Below are positions 45,601 through 55,248 of a stretch of 64,000 nucleotides of DNA, one piece after another; positions within the stretch are counted from its first letter, which is position 1; each line of letters starts with the position of its first letter. The stretch lies in the IMG/VR virus record IMGVR_UViG_3300047160_004777, positions 1-64,000 of that record; one strand, written 5' to 3'. The translations under genes and the position numbers were made by a program. This DNA is from a virus. Taxonomy: Duplodnaviria; Caudoviricetes. The notes beneath the pieces were generated by a model. It was not told the origin of the DNA and ran no database searches. It saw only the letters and a program-made list of their open reading frames with translations.

Positions 45601-47897
45601 CTCAGACACGCGACGAACTCCAACGTCAGTTGATGCCCGGCGGCATCATCGACCTGACGCAGCAGCAGCGCGACCTCGAAGACATCGCCATGCGGCTGAC
45701 CGAACGTCGGACGCACGAGCAGAACATCGCGGACGAGATTCAGCGCCAACTTGATATCGCGGTACGGCAAGAGCAGCCGCAACGAACCGCCGCCGAACAA
45801 GCCAAGCTCATTGCGGACCAGGATTTCGCCGCAGCGAACAACATGCTGAATTGGGCCAACGCGATCAAGCTTGGCCTCGACTACACCGGCGACCTCCACG
45901 CCGCGTGGCAGAGCATCTACAACCTCGTTGATCAGACGATCAACCGCGCGCAGCAAATTGGCACGTACCAGGCGGCGGGCGGAGTTGGGACTCCGCAACA
46001 GCCCGGCGGTGCGCCAGGTGCGGTCATCAATCCGGGCGGCGGGGTCGGAAATCAACCGTACGGTCCAGCCGTGGTGCCGGGAGCCGGCGGAGCGGCAGGC
46101 GGCGGCGACCAGATTCCGCAGATGTCGCCGGTGGAGCAAGCTGCCTGGCTAGTAGCAGGCGGTGTTGGCGCCGGGGTCGGTGTTTACGGAGTCACGCACA
46201 TTCTTCCGGCGGTCGGCGGTCGGATTCTTGGTGCGGCAGGTAGGGCGCTCGGACTCGGTGGCGGCCCCGGCGGCGGCAGGTTGGGTGTGCAAGAGGCGCC
46301 GACCGCTGTCGAGGGAGCACCAGCCGCTGAAGCTGGGGCCGAGGCCGCGACATCAGCCGCTGAGGCTGCGACTGGTGCGGAAGCTGCCGGAGCCGGCGCG
46401 GAAGCTGCGGCGGCTTCTGCGGCCGAAGCAGCGGCAGTCGTAGAAGGCGGTGCGGCAGCCGCACCCGAGGTCGCCGGTGCTGCTGGCACTGCCGCCGCCG
46501 TTGCGGGCGGTATCGGTGGTGGGACTTTGCTCGCCGGGGGAGCTGTTGTCGCAGGTAGCGCAGCGACGCTCTACGGCATCCAGCAGTCGGCCGAGCAGCT
46601 CAACGCGATGCGGGCACAGCTCGCCGGATTGCCCGAAGAGCAGCGAGCGGCGGTGCTGGCGGAGATGGACCGCCGCTCCCAAGGACAAACCTTGTTTGGT
46701 GGCGACCGCCAAGCGATGCTCAACGCGATTCTGGCCGGAGGGGCTCAGAATCTTCAGCCGGCGACGCCCGAGCAAATCGCGGCGATGCGCCAGAGCGCCG
46801 AGTGGCGGACGCAAGGTCCTACCGGCGGTCAGCAGTTCCTTCAATGGGCCGGCGGGTTGTTTGGTGGCGGTCAGGGACAGCCAGACCAGGCAGCGGCGCA
46901 AGCGCAGACAGATGCGGCGACGGATCAAACGCGCGCTGCCCAAGATCAGACCACAGCCGCGAACGACCAGACGACCGCTGCCCAGCAGCAAGCGCAAGCC
47001 GCGAATCAGGCCAACGATGCGGCGGCGCAAGCGGCAGCGTCCGTCGCTCAGGCCAACGACGCGGCAGCGGCAGCAGCGGCTTCGGCGGCACAGGCCCAGA
47101 CAGCGGCGGCTCCCGGCGCTCCGGCTCCCGCGCCGCAGCTTGCGCCAGGTCAGTTGCCACCGGGAGCCGAGGAGCCGGTACCAGTGCCGGCGGCCGGACC
47201 AGCACCGCAAGATGCGCAAGCTCAAGCGCAAGCGACAGATCAGCTCAATGCGGCACTTCAGACCGAAGCCGCCGCGCAGCAATCCACCGCAGATGCGGCC
47301 GCTGCCTGGCTCGCAACCCTTCAGGCTACGCAAGAGCCGCTGACGAGCACGGCCACGACCGCGCAGAACATCGCGGATTCGACTCAGAGCACGTCAGACT
47401 CGGCAGCGGCCTGGCTTCAGACGATTCGAGATGCTCAGCCACCGCTGAACGACACAGCAAACCTGCTGGCCGCGATGCAACAGTCGGCGCAGCAGATCGA
47501 CACTTCCGCGAGCAGCTTCTCGAATTCTATGGCGGCTGTCGCGGCAAATATGGCGAATGCGGCGGCGGCTGCGGCCGCGTTGCGCGACATGCTGGCGGCG
47601 GCGGCCCAATCTGTTCTTGAGATGGGTGGCGGCGCTCCACCACCAGGGCAACCACCCGTCGCCGGAGTCCCGACGCCCGCGCAGCCGGTCGCGGCGCCCA
47701 TCACTACAACCGCAGCCACACAAAGTGGCGGGGTGAACTTCGGCAATGTCCAGGTAAATGTTCAGCCTCAGCCAGGTGAGTCGAACGAGCAACTGATAGA
47801 CGACCTGACCGCCGAGTTTCGACGCCAGATGATCCAGGTGTTCCAGCTCGCGAATGTACCGGCGGCGCCGAGTTTGGCCGGGGTGATCGCGCAATGA
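39669..47897 (+). CDS. tape measure protein (2742 aa) with embedded GNAT-like and HhH glycosylase-like domains
   Basis: EIARLYASVGLDASEF N-terminal motif, Ala/Gln-rich helical body, two GG.V...Y.VGEQGPELFVP motifs. Confidence 0.9.
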   Translation: MPPRGGTPTPAGGGGGEGGAGAGGAGAGAEIARLYASVGLDASEFLAEIANIESATAEVASRQTQYVRAIQQQWQRMGQGGAASGYLRSIEQAVQGGQSLAQAFAGANTSMQRTQQTLANIGEALRATGGNTQASGLLRTSQALMRAGASVEDTFSALKQMRYSTQDIQNVLGPLTQGIGQATAAQKGLNAAVAEGNDLQREQQRIARAEAQLASQARSIQRRSAAPEVEARVRALRRFQDPNLDWAERTRAFSGRAGGEFMAAAQKAALTDTVSILGSRYRVTRQNETQVRALAAAEAELIARERQLQQEITGTARAYAESAAQYERFMGQAAQRTGVGTFRAEERQAQQQIARFAQGAYYRPEAPTPPEAGGYLPIVGVGAPPPVASRTGVRTSRRGAPAGAAAGVGAPVPAPAAAPPQTAAPTPAPTPAPTRQEAYSQLLRQQQQLERETGLPVFRGGQTARPRGVSAEEWQSYFQIGGGGGAPSESTLTEVAADIKSEIDALDVQIKSGSSALRVGRESGGMSRPERQAAAASLTRDKFRLEQLRARLSAEQRQGPTNPPIQRYGDEPEEAEYRAIGGVVGGGGRYIVGEQGPELFVPGRATGGPVTSPEGRVLQNVFAGDPLRGGRRALGFQGRRSRSLMAQLPGWKSPSYFEITPQTKTVPEQFRGMQRIRDNPNYQLEVNPRSGLGYVQWISVPEAQRGTGAGGGLYRDIAEQAAQRGWRIFSGLDRQRGARLSLERAASQGLVHVTRRPVGFDTSLLGGEGHRFLDEIMLPRATGGRVYPLGPRQLARQLTERAGTLAPSMALRELYTYFPRGALHLVQPAALGFQPGQELPNFAKPLAGFLERQGHVLRSGGLTPHQVAAGYLTTLASIRGREAPAGNVFQRLGGRIPGILSRGRGRGVVRPEDLMAHFLGQEENRHLYDKLFAGNAGPMQAAIEDLGNRSGFTFLRTPQAFQPAAPGSYSLHNIGAATAALNTAGRQGASPDEMSAILGSFQGVGYGKAGFLGQWLGYGRIPTVDTNVLQRWLGSERYGQVAQRAASATATGLGMRMRSLISGRYDEMRRMGVFPGLSEDIYNAIAHHVTFSTGVQAETTHQPVISTMESLGRARARGGEAGSGAYLVGEQGPELFVPERAGYVLNRKDTLRALGAEARQTGGPVYVPTAPYGVVGGRPPIGTFRTPTGVTAGQVQYGAANVATPVQAAAAESAARAWGELAAVQLTVINHYEQIARASQRSAEQQIAAAREVQDRALRSQPTQLARFIAQTQARALQGPTAQYGGAMFDVTAANRAQLVQARALEQTKAEQQRQAQEQFDEDARREQIRLRSSPAALQAQRQIAAAQPRRAPLVEGARAGEYVEVTPQNVQDVRRLRQERFSREQQAQQEQERAERATAPRTNIFRRIQGTIEGGIDPAQALTGRQANIVRIGAGLLGVPLGINVAAGLARLLHTALAQVADDAEHINRSFAQLAASMGGLTAQTRDFVSSLSTASGYLQTNVASSLALANNMTTTVGATTQQNQELTQIATQFAQLNNIPQEQLPQVTQQITQLAMRGGAAPALGISDIDRYLQQQGINVAGLTPQQATQQRIQALQAMGGRGMGAALGTPEGTAALQAEQAARNREEVQNVLGRGAGQALQNIGTAANSAISGLGHLVPGIQSQIDANNQLAQSTQAAATSASQAADNFTALGGAVAAARLDPVTGVLARLQAIQGNIATAGPIAEAYRAAPQLLTPAQIRGQAEIETEQAVAAQQAVQVAQARPGGEGAAERAELEKRYQDALVSGDQQRITDARELLNLHDRLTASMQAQVAATQAVQVAQIAQGRAQYQIDQITFADRRRQLDVANQQAAIQIGVLQLDSQIAQVGERQQLVQNRLTVASRDNLAIRRNVLQTQLDGLAAEQRLQDIQFQGQAAQAQLGAIGARMVRGTATAGDIGSIGDLAQQSINATLDAAEAQPEALAAAHKNVVAQRAQTRDELQRQLMPGGIIDLTQQQRDLEDIAMRLTERRTHEQNIADEIQRQLDIAVRQEQPQRTAAEQAKLIADQDFAAANNMLNWANAIKLGLDYTGDLHAAWQSIYNLVDQTINRAQQIGTYQAAGGVGTPQQPGGAPGAVINPGGGVGNQPYGPAVVPGAGGAAGGGDQIPQMSPVEQAAWLVAGGVGAGVGVYGVTHILPAVGGRILGAAGRALGLGGGPGGGRLGVQEAPTAVEGAPAAEAGAEAATSAAEAATGAEAAGAGAEAAAASAAEAAAVVEGGAAAAPEVAGAAGTAAAVAGGIGGGTLLAGGAVVAGSAATLYGIQQSAEQLNAMRAQLAGLPEEQRAAVLAEMDRRSQGQTLFGGDRQAMLNAILAGGAQNLQPATPEQIAAMRQSAEWRTQGPTGGQQFLQWAGGLFGGGQGQPDQAAAQAQTDAATDQTRAAQDQTTAANDQTTAAQQQAQAANQANDAAAQAAASVAQANDAAAAAAASAAQAQTAAAPGAPAPAPQLAPGQLPPGAEEPVPVPAAGPAPQDAQAQAQATDQLNAALQTEAAAQQSTADAAAAWLATLQATQEPLTSTATTAQNIADSTQSTSDSAAAWLQTIRDAQPPLNDTANLLAAMQQSAQQIDTSASSFSNSMAAVAANMANAAAAAAALRDMLAAAAQSVLEMGGGAPPPGQPPVAGVPTPAQPVAAPITTTAATQSGGVNFGNVQVNVQPQPGESNEQLIDDLTAEFRRQMIQVFQLANVPAAPSLAGVIAQ

Positions 47898-48862
47898 GCA
47901 CTGATGTCACCAATATCGTTACCGGGGGTCGCGGGCCGTTCTCTAGCTTCCGCAACGTGGGTTTCGATTGGAATTACTCGACTCCGAAACGCGAGATTCG
48001 GGATGGAGCAACGGTCTTTTCCGGCCAGGTCTGGCTGTATGGCCAGTTCGCACTGGATCAGTTCTTCACGTTCTTTCGGCCGGTGAATGTCCGCGTGGCG
48101 GGTGATCCTTCGGCGGGCGGTACAGTCTACGTCGATCACTGGGGAGCCGATCCGAGTGGGGCGCTGATTACGCACGTCCTCGATCTGGATGGGAGCGGCC
48201 ATATCACGCCGCAGCCCAAGACCTACACGGCTATCTTGTCGGGTATCACCCGCTCGGCCGCACTCCCCGGCGGACTTCATCAGGCCGAGGTCGAGTTCAC
48301 GCTGGTGGATGCGGGCACCTCGCTCGGGGGCGTACCAGTCACATCGGGCGCAGGAGTGGCCGCCACACAGTTCATCATGAGTTCGACTGCGGCCGACGCC
48401 GATGTGCTGAACGAGTGGAACGGAACCAGTAACAACACGCCGCCGTCAGGTTGGATGAATACGGGATTTGACGACTCGGGGTGGGCCAACGGGGTAGAGG
48501 CGAATCTCGGCGGTGGCGACGTACCTGTAAGCGGGAGTCAGGCGATCTGGTCCTCAGACACGCCCGAGGCGGTGGGTCAGGCAGTGCTCTTCCGTCAGAC
48601 ATTTAGTCTCACAGTGCCGACCGGACATACGCTCACGAGTGCATTTTTGCTGTTGCAGATGTCGGATCGGATCGACTCGGCCTGGTTGAACGGTCACGAG
48701 ATCGCGGCAGATGTCGCTGGCTACCATGCCGACCCGCCGGCGAGTGTGGCGATTGACACGACGTTCTTTCTAGCGGGTACCAACTTGCTCGCGGTGGAGT
48801 CGGAAAACTTGCTTTCGGGCGCGGCCTGGATATCGTACGTGATCGGAGTACAGATCACCTGA
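47894..48862 (+). CDS. distal tail-like protein with a C-terminal carbohydrate-binding jelly-roll domain
   Basis: First gene after the tape measure; W...GFDDS.W...IW...LFRQTF...D....AWLNG...G.N.LAVE.EN. Confidence 0.65.
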   Translation: MSTDVTNIVTGGRGPFSSFRNVGFDWNYSTPKREIRDGATVFSGQVWLYGQFALDQFFTFFRPVNVRVAGDPSAGGTVYVDHWGADPSGALITHVLDLDGSGHITPQPKTYTAILSGITRSAALPGGLHQAEVEFTLVDAGTSLGGVPVTSGAGVAATQFIMSSTAADADVLNEWNGTSNNTPPSGWMNTGFDDSGWANGVEANLGGGDVPVSGSQAIWSSDTPEAVGQAVLFRQTFSLTVPTGHTLTSAFLLLQMSDRIDSAWLNGHEIAADVAGYHADPPASVAIDTTFFLAGTNLLAVESENLLSGAAWISYVIGVQIT

Positions 48863-50217
48863 TGGTTGTGGTGCGTCGTCAGATCGTGGCTCAGGTGACT
48901 ATCGGAACGACAACCGTTACGGACTTCCTGGGCCTGCGCGTTTCGAATTCACTGGAACAGTCGATTGCCAGAGCGCAGATTATCTGTCCGGTTCCGCACG
49001 GCACCTACAACGATCAGGTGACGATTCAGTGCGGAGCGATCCCCGGTAATGGGTTGGCGACACGTTTCGTCGGCTACCGGCGCAAGGCGAACTACGAGCT
49101 GTATCCGCGCCTATGCACCATCGAGTGCATCGGGAGATTGGGGCTCGCGGCGGAATATACCAACTGGCAAGATGGGTTAGCCAATCAGGTAGCTTTCGAT
49201 CCCAACAGCAACGCAATGCTGGAGATTGGGCAGGGCGGCTTGCGTGTTCAGGACCTCGTGCCAACGTCTACTCACTACGGTGGGTGCGCCACGTTCGCCG
49301 AGATCGCTGCTGCGGTGCTGACGAAGGTCGGGGTTCCCTATGTCGGCACGAACCTGCACTCTTCTGGACGGTTGTATGGTGGCGGACTCGACAGCGGCTG
49401 GCGATTCATCTGGCATTCGGGCACGCTGTCTCTCAACCCGCTTCAGGGCAACTCGCCGCAACTGATCAACGCCTTTCAGCGAGCGGGCGACACAGCGCTC
49501 GCGTATCTCCAGAAGTACAGCCAGATCGACTGCTTCTACGATGCCGGCCCGCCGGAGGTCGCAGGCTTCTATCGGCTGTACGAAGGCATCGACGGCACGG
49601 TGCATATCAGCTTGATCGGCGGCAGGCCGCGCGGCACGCCGACCTGTACGTTCACCGAAGGTGGCTCGGCGTTCATCCAGAACACCGAAGGGGTGCAGTT
49701 CGATCCGGCGGATGGAACCGTCAACATCCTGACCGCGAGCATCGCACGCGATTATCCACTCGGCAACCGGACGCTCGTAATTGGCTCCGATTTGGGTGGG
49801 TATCAGTGTCGATACGAGGCCGTGTCGGAGAATCCGTTCATGACACCGGGGAGCACGACGTATCACTATGATCCATCGCCGCCGGGCTCGGATTGGATCG
49901 ACTGGCAAAACTACAATTCAGCACCGATGGGCTACCTGACTAGTGGCGGCTTGTTCGGTATGGATTGCGAGACAGTCGCGAAGGCTCGGTTGCCCGAGAT
50001 CAATCGGGAAACGGTTTCCGGCACGCTGACAACCGCCGAGGATTACTTGATTCAACCCGGCGACGTGCATCTTGTTCAGGGACCAGCCGGTATTCCCGAC
50101 CGACTCGGTACCGGAGAGCTGCTGTGGGTCCAGGGTATCGACTTTGATCTGGAGAATCGAAACGGAGCGCCCGTGCTGACCCAAACCCCGACGTATCTCG
50201 GCGGCGGTGCTCCGTGA
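48862..50217 (+). CDS. tail tip/baseplate hub-like protein
   Basis: Position; ends I.PG....V.....LG..E.LWVQ.ID. Confidence 0.6.
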   Translation: MVVVRRQIVAQVTIGTTTVTDFLGLRVSNSLEQSIARAQIICPVPHGTYNDQVTIQCGAIPGNGLATRFVGYRRKANYELYPRLCTIECIGRLGLAAEYTNWQDGLANQVAFDPNSNAMLEIGQGGLRVQDLVPTSTHYGGCATFAEIAAAVLTKVGVPYVGTNLHSSGRLYGGGLDSGWRFIWHSGTLSLNPLQGNSPQLINAFQRAGDTALAYLQKYSQIDCFYDAGPPEVAGFYRLYEGIDGTVHISLIGGRPRGTPTCTFTEGGSAFIQNTEGVQFDPADGTVNILTASIARDYPLGNRTLVIGSDLGGYQCRYEAVSENPFMTPGSTTYHYDPSPPGSDWIDWQNYNSAPMGYLTSGGLFGMDCETVAKARLPEINRETVSGTLTTAEDYLIQPGDVHLVQGPAGIPDRLGTGELLWVQGIDFDLENRNGAPVLTQTPTYLGGGAP

Positions 50218-50708
50218 TGAATCAACGCTTCGCACTTCCCGACCGCGAGCTTGTCAAGGCCGCAGAAGGCTTCTTGAACAAGGCTGTGCCTCGCACAGGG
50301 CCGTCGCCGGCCGATCTGCACGCGATGGTGCAGCAGTTTGGTCAATATGGTTCGACGCTTCAGGTTGGAGCCCGCGCCATGTTGATCATTAGCAAACGGT
50401 GTCAGCTCACGGAATGGACACTCGACTCGACATTGGTCGGTACGGCCGGAATCTCGCTTCAGTGGGCATCGTGGGCTACGCCGCGCGTGTGGACAGATAT
50501 GGTCGGCTCAGGGACCGGACCTCAGATTGTGGGTCAATCGAACGCGGGCTCGGCGCAGCTCGCCGATTGGACCGGGCCGCTACTGCTCAGAAAGCACGAC
50601 GCGATCTTGATGACTGTGACCGCCTCCGATTTTATCGAGCAGCTTACTTTGGCGCTGTATATGAAAGAACTGAACAATCCAGCCGGAACGCCGACGGTGG
50701 CGCACTAG
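50214..50708 (+). CDS. tail-associated hypothetical protein
   Basis: Packed ORF in the tail module. Confidence 0.6.
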   Translation: MMNQRFALPDRELVKAAEGFLNKAVPRTGPSPADLHAMVQQFGQYGSTLQVGARAMLIISKRCQLTEWTLDSTLVGTAGISLQWASWATPRVWTDMVGSGTGPQIVGQSNAGSAQLADWTGPLLLRKHDAILMTVTASDFIEQLTLALYMKELNNPAGTPTVAH

Positions 50709-50709
50709 C

Positions 50710-51846
50710 GTGTCGTTGCTCTTCGTAGACGGGTGGGATCATTACGTGGTGAGTCCCGACTCGCCCGGCAACGACATGGCTAACGTGCTACCGATCATGG
50801 GCAAGTGGGACATCTTGATGTACGCCTACGAGTTCGATGAGGCGGTTCAGATGTACGTGCATACGTCTGGAGGGCGCAGCGGACACGGCTGGCTAGAGAT
50901 GGGCTACTGGGCGCAGTGCGGCCAGTATTACGCGCTCGGCCGCATCTTGCCCGGACTGCGGGACGAACTCATCGTGGGCTTCGCGCTCCGGCCGCAGGCG
51001 GGTTCGCCCGGCTACGACTTCATTACGTTCGGACGGTCGGGTTGGTCGCAGTGCAGTGCGATGATTTCCAGCACGGGCGAAGTGTGCGGGATGGGTTACC
51101 GCAATGGCTACGTAGGTACAACCGGCGGCGGACAGTATCAGGCAACTATTGTTGGCCGCACAGCGCCGAACTCAGCCCCAATGAATGTCTGGCACTATTG
51201 GGAGTTCCACGTCTCGAACGGCTCGATGCAGGTTCAGCGCGACGGACAGCTCGTCGCCACGTGGTCGCATCCAGCGATCCATGCCCCGTATGACACGTTC
51301 TACCTGGGGAAAATCAATGGACAGGATGCGGGCTACGCCAACTATGCTCAGTGGCGGTACGACTTTGACGACCTGTACCTGATCGACACGCTCGATCCGC
51401 CACCGAACGCCTTCTTGGGCGATGTTGAGATAACAACTATCTGGCCGCGCGGCGCGGGATCAAATACGGAGTGGGTCACGCAGCCGAGTGGAACGCCGAA
51501 TTGGTACGCCGTATCAGACCCGATCCCGGACGACGACGGCTCGCTCATCACTACTGATGCTGCTGCCCAAATCGACAGCTATCAGATGCAGCACTTGCCT
51601 GACGCACCCATCTCGGGAGCGCAGTACACGTATTGGACACGCTCGGTTCCTGGCACGACACCCAAGTTGGTCACGCTCACGCGACGGAGTGGCTCCGAAC
51701 GACAAGGCACTTACCAGATGCTGCCAATGCCGGACTACTCGTTCGTGACGACGCAGTACGGCTACAACCCGCTGTCCGGGGCGCCGTGGGTCGCGGACGA
51801 CTTCAACGACCCGACGGCTGAGCACGGGGTGGTGCTGATCCCGTGA
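50710..51846 (+). CDS. tail structural protein, paralog family A (ConA/LamG-like plus DDLY...GD C-domain)
   Basis: MSLLFVDGWD start; FDDLY...FLGD...NPLSG.PW. Confidence 0.75.
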   Translation: MSLLFVDGWDHYVVSPDSPGNDMANVLPIMGKWDILMYAYEFDEAVQMYVHTSGGRSGHGWLEMGYWAQCGQYYALGRILPGLRDELIVGFALRPQAGSPGYDFITFGRSGWSQCSAMISSTGEVCGMGYRNGYVGTTGGGQYQATIVGRTAPNSAPMNVWHYWEFHVSNGSMQVQRDGQLVATWSHPAIHAPYDTFYLGKINGQDAGYANYAQWRYDFDDLYLIDTLDPPPNAFLGDVEITTIWPRGAGSNTEWVTQPSGTPNWYAVSDPIPDDDGSLITTDAAAQIDSYQMQHLPDAPISGAQYTYWTRSVPGTTPKLVTLTRRSGSERQGTYQMLPMPDYSFVTTQYGYNPLSGAPWVADDFNDPTAEHGVVLIP

Positions 51847-53042
51847 GCATCATCTTCACCGATAGCTTCGACACGTACACTGCGAGCGGGACGGACTACG
51901 CACAGCTTCAAGCGAAGTGGGGCTTGTACGACTGGCAGAATCGAGGTCAGTACCCACCAACCTACGTTGGCCCGACTGGGCGTGGCGGGTACGGCAATTT
52001 CTTGAGGATGCAGTATTCAGGCGTCCAGGAGGGTTCGTATTACTACCTGGGTCACCCCACACCAGGCTACGCAGAGCTGATCGTGGGCTTCGCCATGCGC
52101 TGGTGGCGGATGCCCGATACGTTCGACTTTTTCAGTGCTGATCTGATCGTTTCCTCGATTGACCACCACTTTTTGTCTTTTGGGCCAGCGCTTATGCATA
52201 TGAACCTGGGCTTTCGCGTGACGTACGGGGGCTTCATTGCGCTCGCGGCTGGTCATACGGGCGACCGCTTCACCGATGAGCTGGCGCGCACCGATATGCC
52301 GTGCGTCCGGGACGGTCTCTGGAACTACTTCGAGTTCAAGGTCGGCCCTGGCCATGCAGAAATTCGGCGAGACGGCATCGAAATTTTCAATCAGAGCGGG
52401 CTTGACACGAACCGTTTCGGCAGTGGCTATGCAAACACATATCTAGGCCATATTCAGGGCAAAGGTCCGACGGGCGGGTTGTTCGGCGGAACGGGGCAGT
52501 TCCCGAATTGGCAGTACGACTACGACGACGTGTACATAGCTACCACGTCCGGAGGCATCTACACGGATTTCGTGGGCGACGTGAAGGCTTCGACGCTGCG
52601 TCCTATCGGGCCTGGACCACGTACCGAGTTCGTGCCGTGGCCTGCTGGGTCAGCAAACTGGGCTGATGTGAGCGACACGACACCAGACGGAGATACGACG
52701 AACGTCAGTACGGACGTGTTCAATGCAGGTGACGTGTATCAGATCGAGCAGCTCCAGTCACAAGGGACAATTCTGAGTGTCCAGTTTGCGGTAGTAGCGC
52801 GGCGCTACGGGACGGCGAACGGTAAGCTGCTGCCTATTGTGCGGCAGGGAACGGTTGAGGCGAATGGTCCCGCTATTGACGTGAACACGACAGCCTTCGG
52901 CGCGGGTGCGAGCCCCGGCGTGTATCACCTGACGACAGTCGCGCTCGAAGTGAACCCGCTGACTGGCGTACCTTGGATTCCGTCTGATCTGGTCAGCACA
53001 GCGACCGTGCTGAACTACGAAGGATACCGGGTAAGCCGATGA
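51843..53042 (+). CDS. tail structural protein, paralog family A
   Basis: MSIIFTDSFD start; YDDVY...FVGD...NPLTGVPW. Confidence 0.75.
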   Translation: MSIIFTDSFDTYTASGTDYAQLQAKWGLYDWQNRGQYPPTYVGPTGRGGYGNFLRMQYSGVQEGSYYYLGHPTPGYAELIVGFAMRWWRMPDTFDFFSADLIVSSIDHHFLSFGPALMHMNLGFRVTYGGFIALAAGHTGDRFTDELARTDMPCVRDGLWNYFEFKVGPGHAEIRRDGIEIFNQSGLDTNRFGSGYANTYLGHIQGKGPTGGLFGGTGQFPNWQYDYDDVYIATTSGGIYTDFVGDVKASTLRPIGPGPRTEFVPWPAGSANWADVSDTTPDGDTTNVSTDVFNAGDVYQIEQLQSQGTILSVQFAVVARRYGTANGKLLPIVRQGTVEANGPAIDVNTTAFGAGASPGVYHLTTVALEVNPLTGVPWIPSDLVSTATVLNYEGYRVSR

Positions 53043-54142
53043 CGCTGCGCTGGACCAGCAGTTTCGACAACTTCCAGGACTCGGACAGACCCAGCATATT
53101 CACCGCATCGAACGCCTACGATGGTGGCGGCAGCTACGCGTTCAACTTCGGGACGACCTACAGCCGGTGGCCATCCGGTAAGGGCATTCGTCTCCAAGGA
53201 AACGTTGGAACGGGCGACGGCACTGGTTTCGGCACGTCTTTCGATCTGCTCTTTGATTACCAGCCGCAATGGTATTGCGGTGTGGCGGTCCGCCCTGTGA
53301 CCTATCCGCAAGGTAATACAGGACTCACGTATCAAGTCTGTTCATTGATGGACGTAGCGTCCTACGTCATCGAATGCCGACTGACGGCAGCAGGTGTGCT
53401 GGTGGTTACGCTCAACGGCACGGCTATCGCAACGGGGACAGTCACGTTGCCGACAGGTGTCTTCTCGTTCGTGGAGTTTGGAGTGGTTCTTCACCCGACC
53501 GCCGGTTCATATACGGTCAGGCTCAACGGGGCGAACTATCTGACGGCGAGTGGCGTCAACACCACTGCCACAGGCACCGGGCAGGCGAACAAGTTCCGTC
53601 TAGGAATGATTCAGCCGGGAACAAGTGGTTCGCAGACCGCGAGCGGCGAAGTCTGGTACGACGACCTGTATATCGCGGATGGGACAGGTAGCGGCGTCAA
53701 TAATTTCGTAGGTGACTGCCACCCTATCGAACTGCTGCCCAGCTCGAACGGCACCTACTCGGATTGGGCGCAGACCGGCGGCACCGGCGGCAGCCCATAT
53801 ACAGCGGTTAGCGATACGCCGAACAATGGCGATACGAGTTATCTGAGCAGCTTCACGCCGAACCAACGAACGACGTTCCACTTCCCGACTCTCCCGGTGA
53901 CGACGAGCAGTGTGCGCGCAGTGGCAATAGGTCTGTGGCTTCGGAAAGACGACGCCAATTCCCATACTGTAGCTGCTCGTTCGGTCGAAAGCAGTACCGA
54001 AAGCACGAGTGCGGCGAGCGTGGGAGCGTTGGCCCAATATGCTTTTAGCGAAATCGTCATGGAGACGGACCCGCTCGATGGCGCGAGCTGGACAGCGACG
54101 AAGGTGAATAACAGTGAGTTTGGGGTCGTGTTATCCACATGA
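53039..54142 (+). CDS. tail structural protein, paralog family A
   Basis: MTLRWTSSFD start; YDDLY...FVGD...RKDD...EFG. Confidence 0.75.
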   Translation: MTLRWTSSFDNFQDSDRPSIFTASNAYDGGGSYAFNFGTTYSRWPSGKGIRLQGNVGTGDGTGFGTSFDLLFDYQPQWYCGVAVRPVTYPQGNTGLTYQVCSLMDVASYVIECRLTAAGVLVVTLNGTAIATGTVTLPTGVFSFVEFGVVLHPTAGSYTVRLNGANYLTASGVNTTATGTGQANKFRLGMIQPGTSGSQTASGEVWYDDLYIADGTGSGVNNFVGDCHPIELLPSSNGTYSDWAQTGGTGGSPYTAVSDTPNNGDTSYLSSFTPNQRTTFHFPTLPVTTSSVRAVAIGLWLRKDDANSHTVAARSVESSTESTSAASVGALAQYAFSEIVMETDPLDGASWTATKVNNSEFGVVLST

Positions 54143-55248
54143 CCCTCATCTTCACCGAGTCGTTTGATCTGTTCGCGGGCAACACCACCGATTACGGGTA
54201 CAAGTGGTTCGACCGTAGCTTCGGCAACGCCACGTTGGGTTCGACCACGGGTCGTTTCGGAGGAAGTGCTGCACAAATCAGCGCCTCAGTCGGCTCGCCA
54301 AGCAGTGGCACGGGGTATATCGGTGCGGGGCTCGGCACGGACTACACGACGTTCGTGGTCGGGTTCGCGATGAACATCCAATCACTGCCCGTCGGAACCG
54401 CCTTCTTCTGGGTTGTGGATTCTGCAAACACGACCCAGCTGTATATGGCGGTCGATGTCGGAGTTCTCGCGCCATACTTCGTTCGTTCGGGGTCTGGAAC
54501 GCGGTTGTGTACGTCGAGCCGCTCGGTGCCGACAGGTTCTTGGGTATATGTCGAAGTGCCGATGAATATCAGCGCGACGGCAGGTTGGTGCGAAATCTGG
54601 CTCGATGGAACACTGACGGCGAGCTACTACGGCACGAATACAAGTCGGGCAAGCTCGAACGGAAACACCTTGTCTGGACTCGCTGCCGGCGCGCGCACGG
54701 TACGTATCGGGTGTCAGATCAGCGGATCGCTGGTGACGAACACATTCCTCTACGATGACCTGTACGTATGCAACACGGCCGGTACCGTGAACAACGACCG
54801 ACTGGGAGACGTTCACGTTATGAGTCTGTTGCCGACGGGCGCCTCGGCAGCGGGCGGCCACACGCAGTTCACTATTGGCGGAACCACACCGGCCGCCACC
54901 AATTATCAGTCCGTGAATGAAGCTACGCCGAACGTAGACGTGACTTACGTTGCGGACAACACAGTTGGGCACGTGGACACCTACGCCTACGCGGATCTAC
55001 CAACCACGGCCTCGGTCGTCAGAGGCGTGGCGGCTCAGTACGTGGCGCGTAAGGACGACGCGGGGCTGCGCCAAATTCAGGCTGTTGTGCGGCAGTCGGG
55101 CACCGATGCGTACAGCCCATCGGTTTTCAATCTGGGCGCTTCGTATCAGTCCGCACAGCTCATCATGGAGACGAACCCGGTCACCGGTTTGCCGTGGACT
55201 GTTTCTGATGTCAACGGTGACGAGTTCGGGTTCCGGGTCTACTCATGA
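54139..55248 (+). CDS. tail structural protein, paralog family A
   Basis: MTLIFTESFD start; YDDLY...LGD...RKDD...NPVTGLPW...EFG. Confidence 0.75.
   Translation: MTLIFTESFDLFAGNTTDYGYKWFDRSFGNATLGSTTGRFGGSAAQISASVGSPSSGTGYIGAGLGTDYTTFVVGFAMNIQSLPVGTAFFWVVDSANTTQLYMAVDVGVLAPYFVRSGSGTRLCTSSRSVPTGSWVYVEVPMNISATAGWCEIWLDGTLTASYYGTNTSRASSNGNTLSGLAAGARTVRIGCQISGSLVTNTFLYDDLYVCNTAGTVNNDRLGDVHVMSLLPTGASAAGGHTQFTIGGTTPAATNYQSVNEATPNVDVTYVADNTVGHVDTYAYADLPTTASVVRGVAAQYVARKDDAGLRQIQAVVRQSGTDAYSPSVFNLGASYQSAQLIMETNPVTGLPWTVSDVNGDEFGFRVYS

Noticed and set aside
39691-47746. Many alternative-frame and antisense ORFs in the ORF track
   Set aside because: Typical high-GC shadow ORFs nested in longer genes with recognisable motifs.
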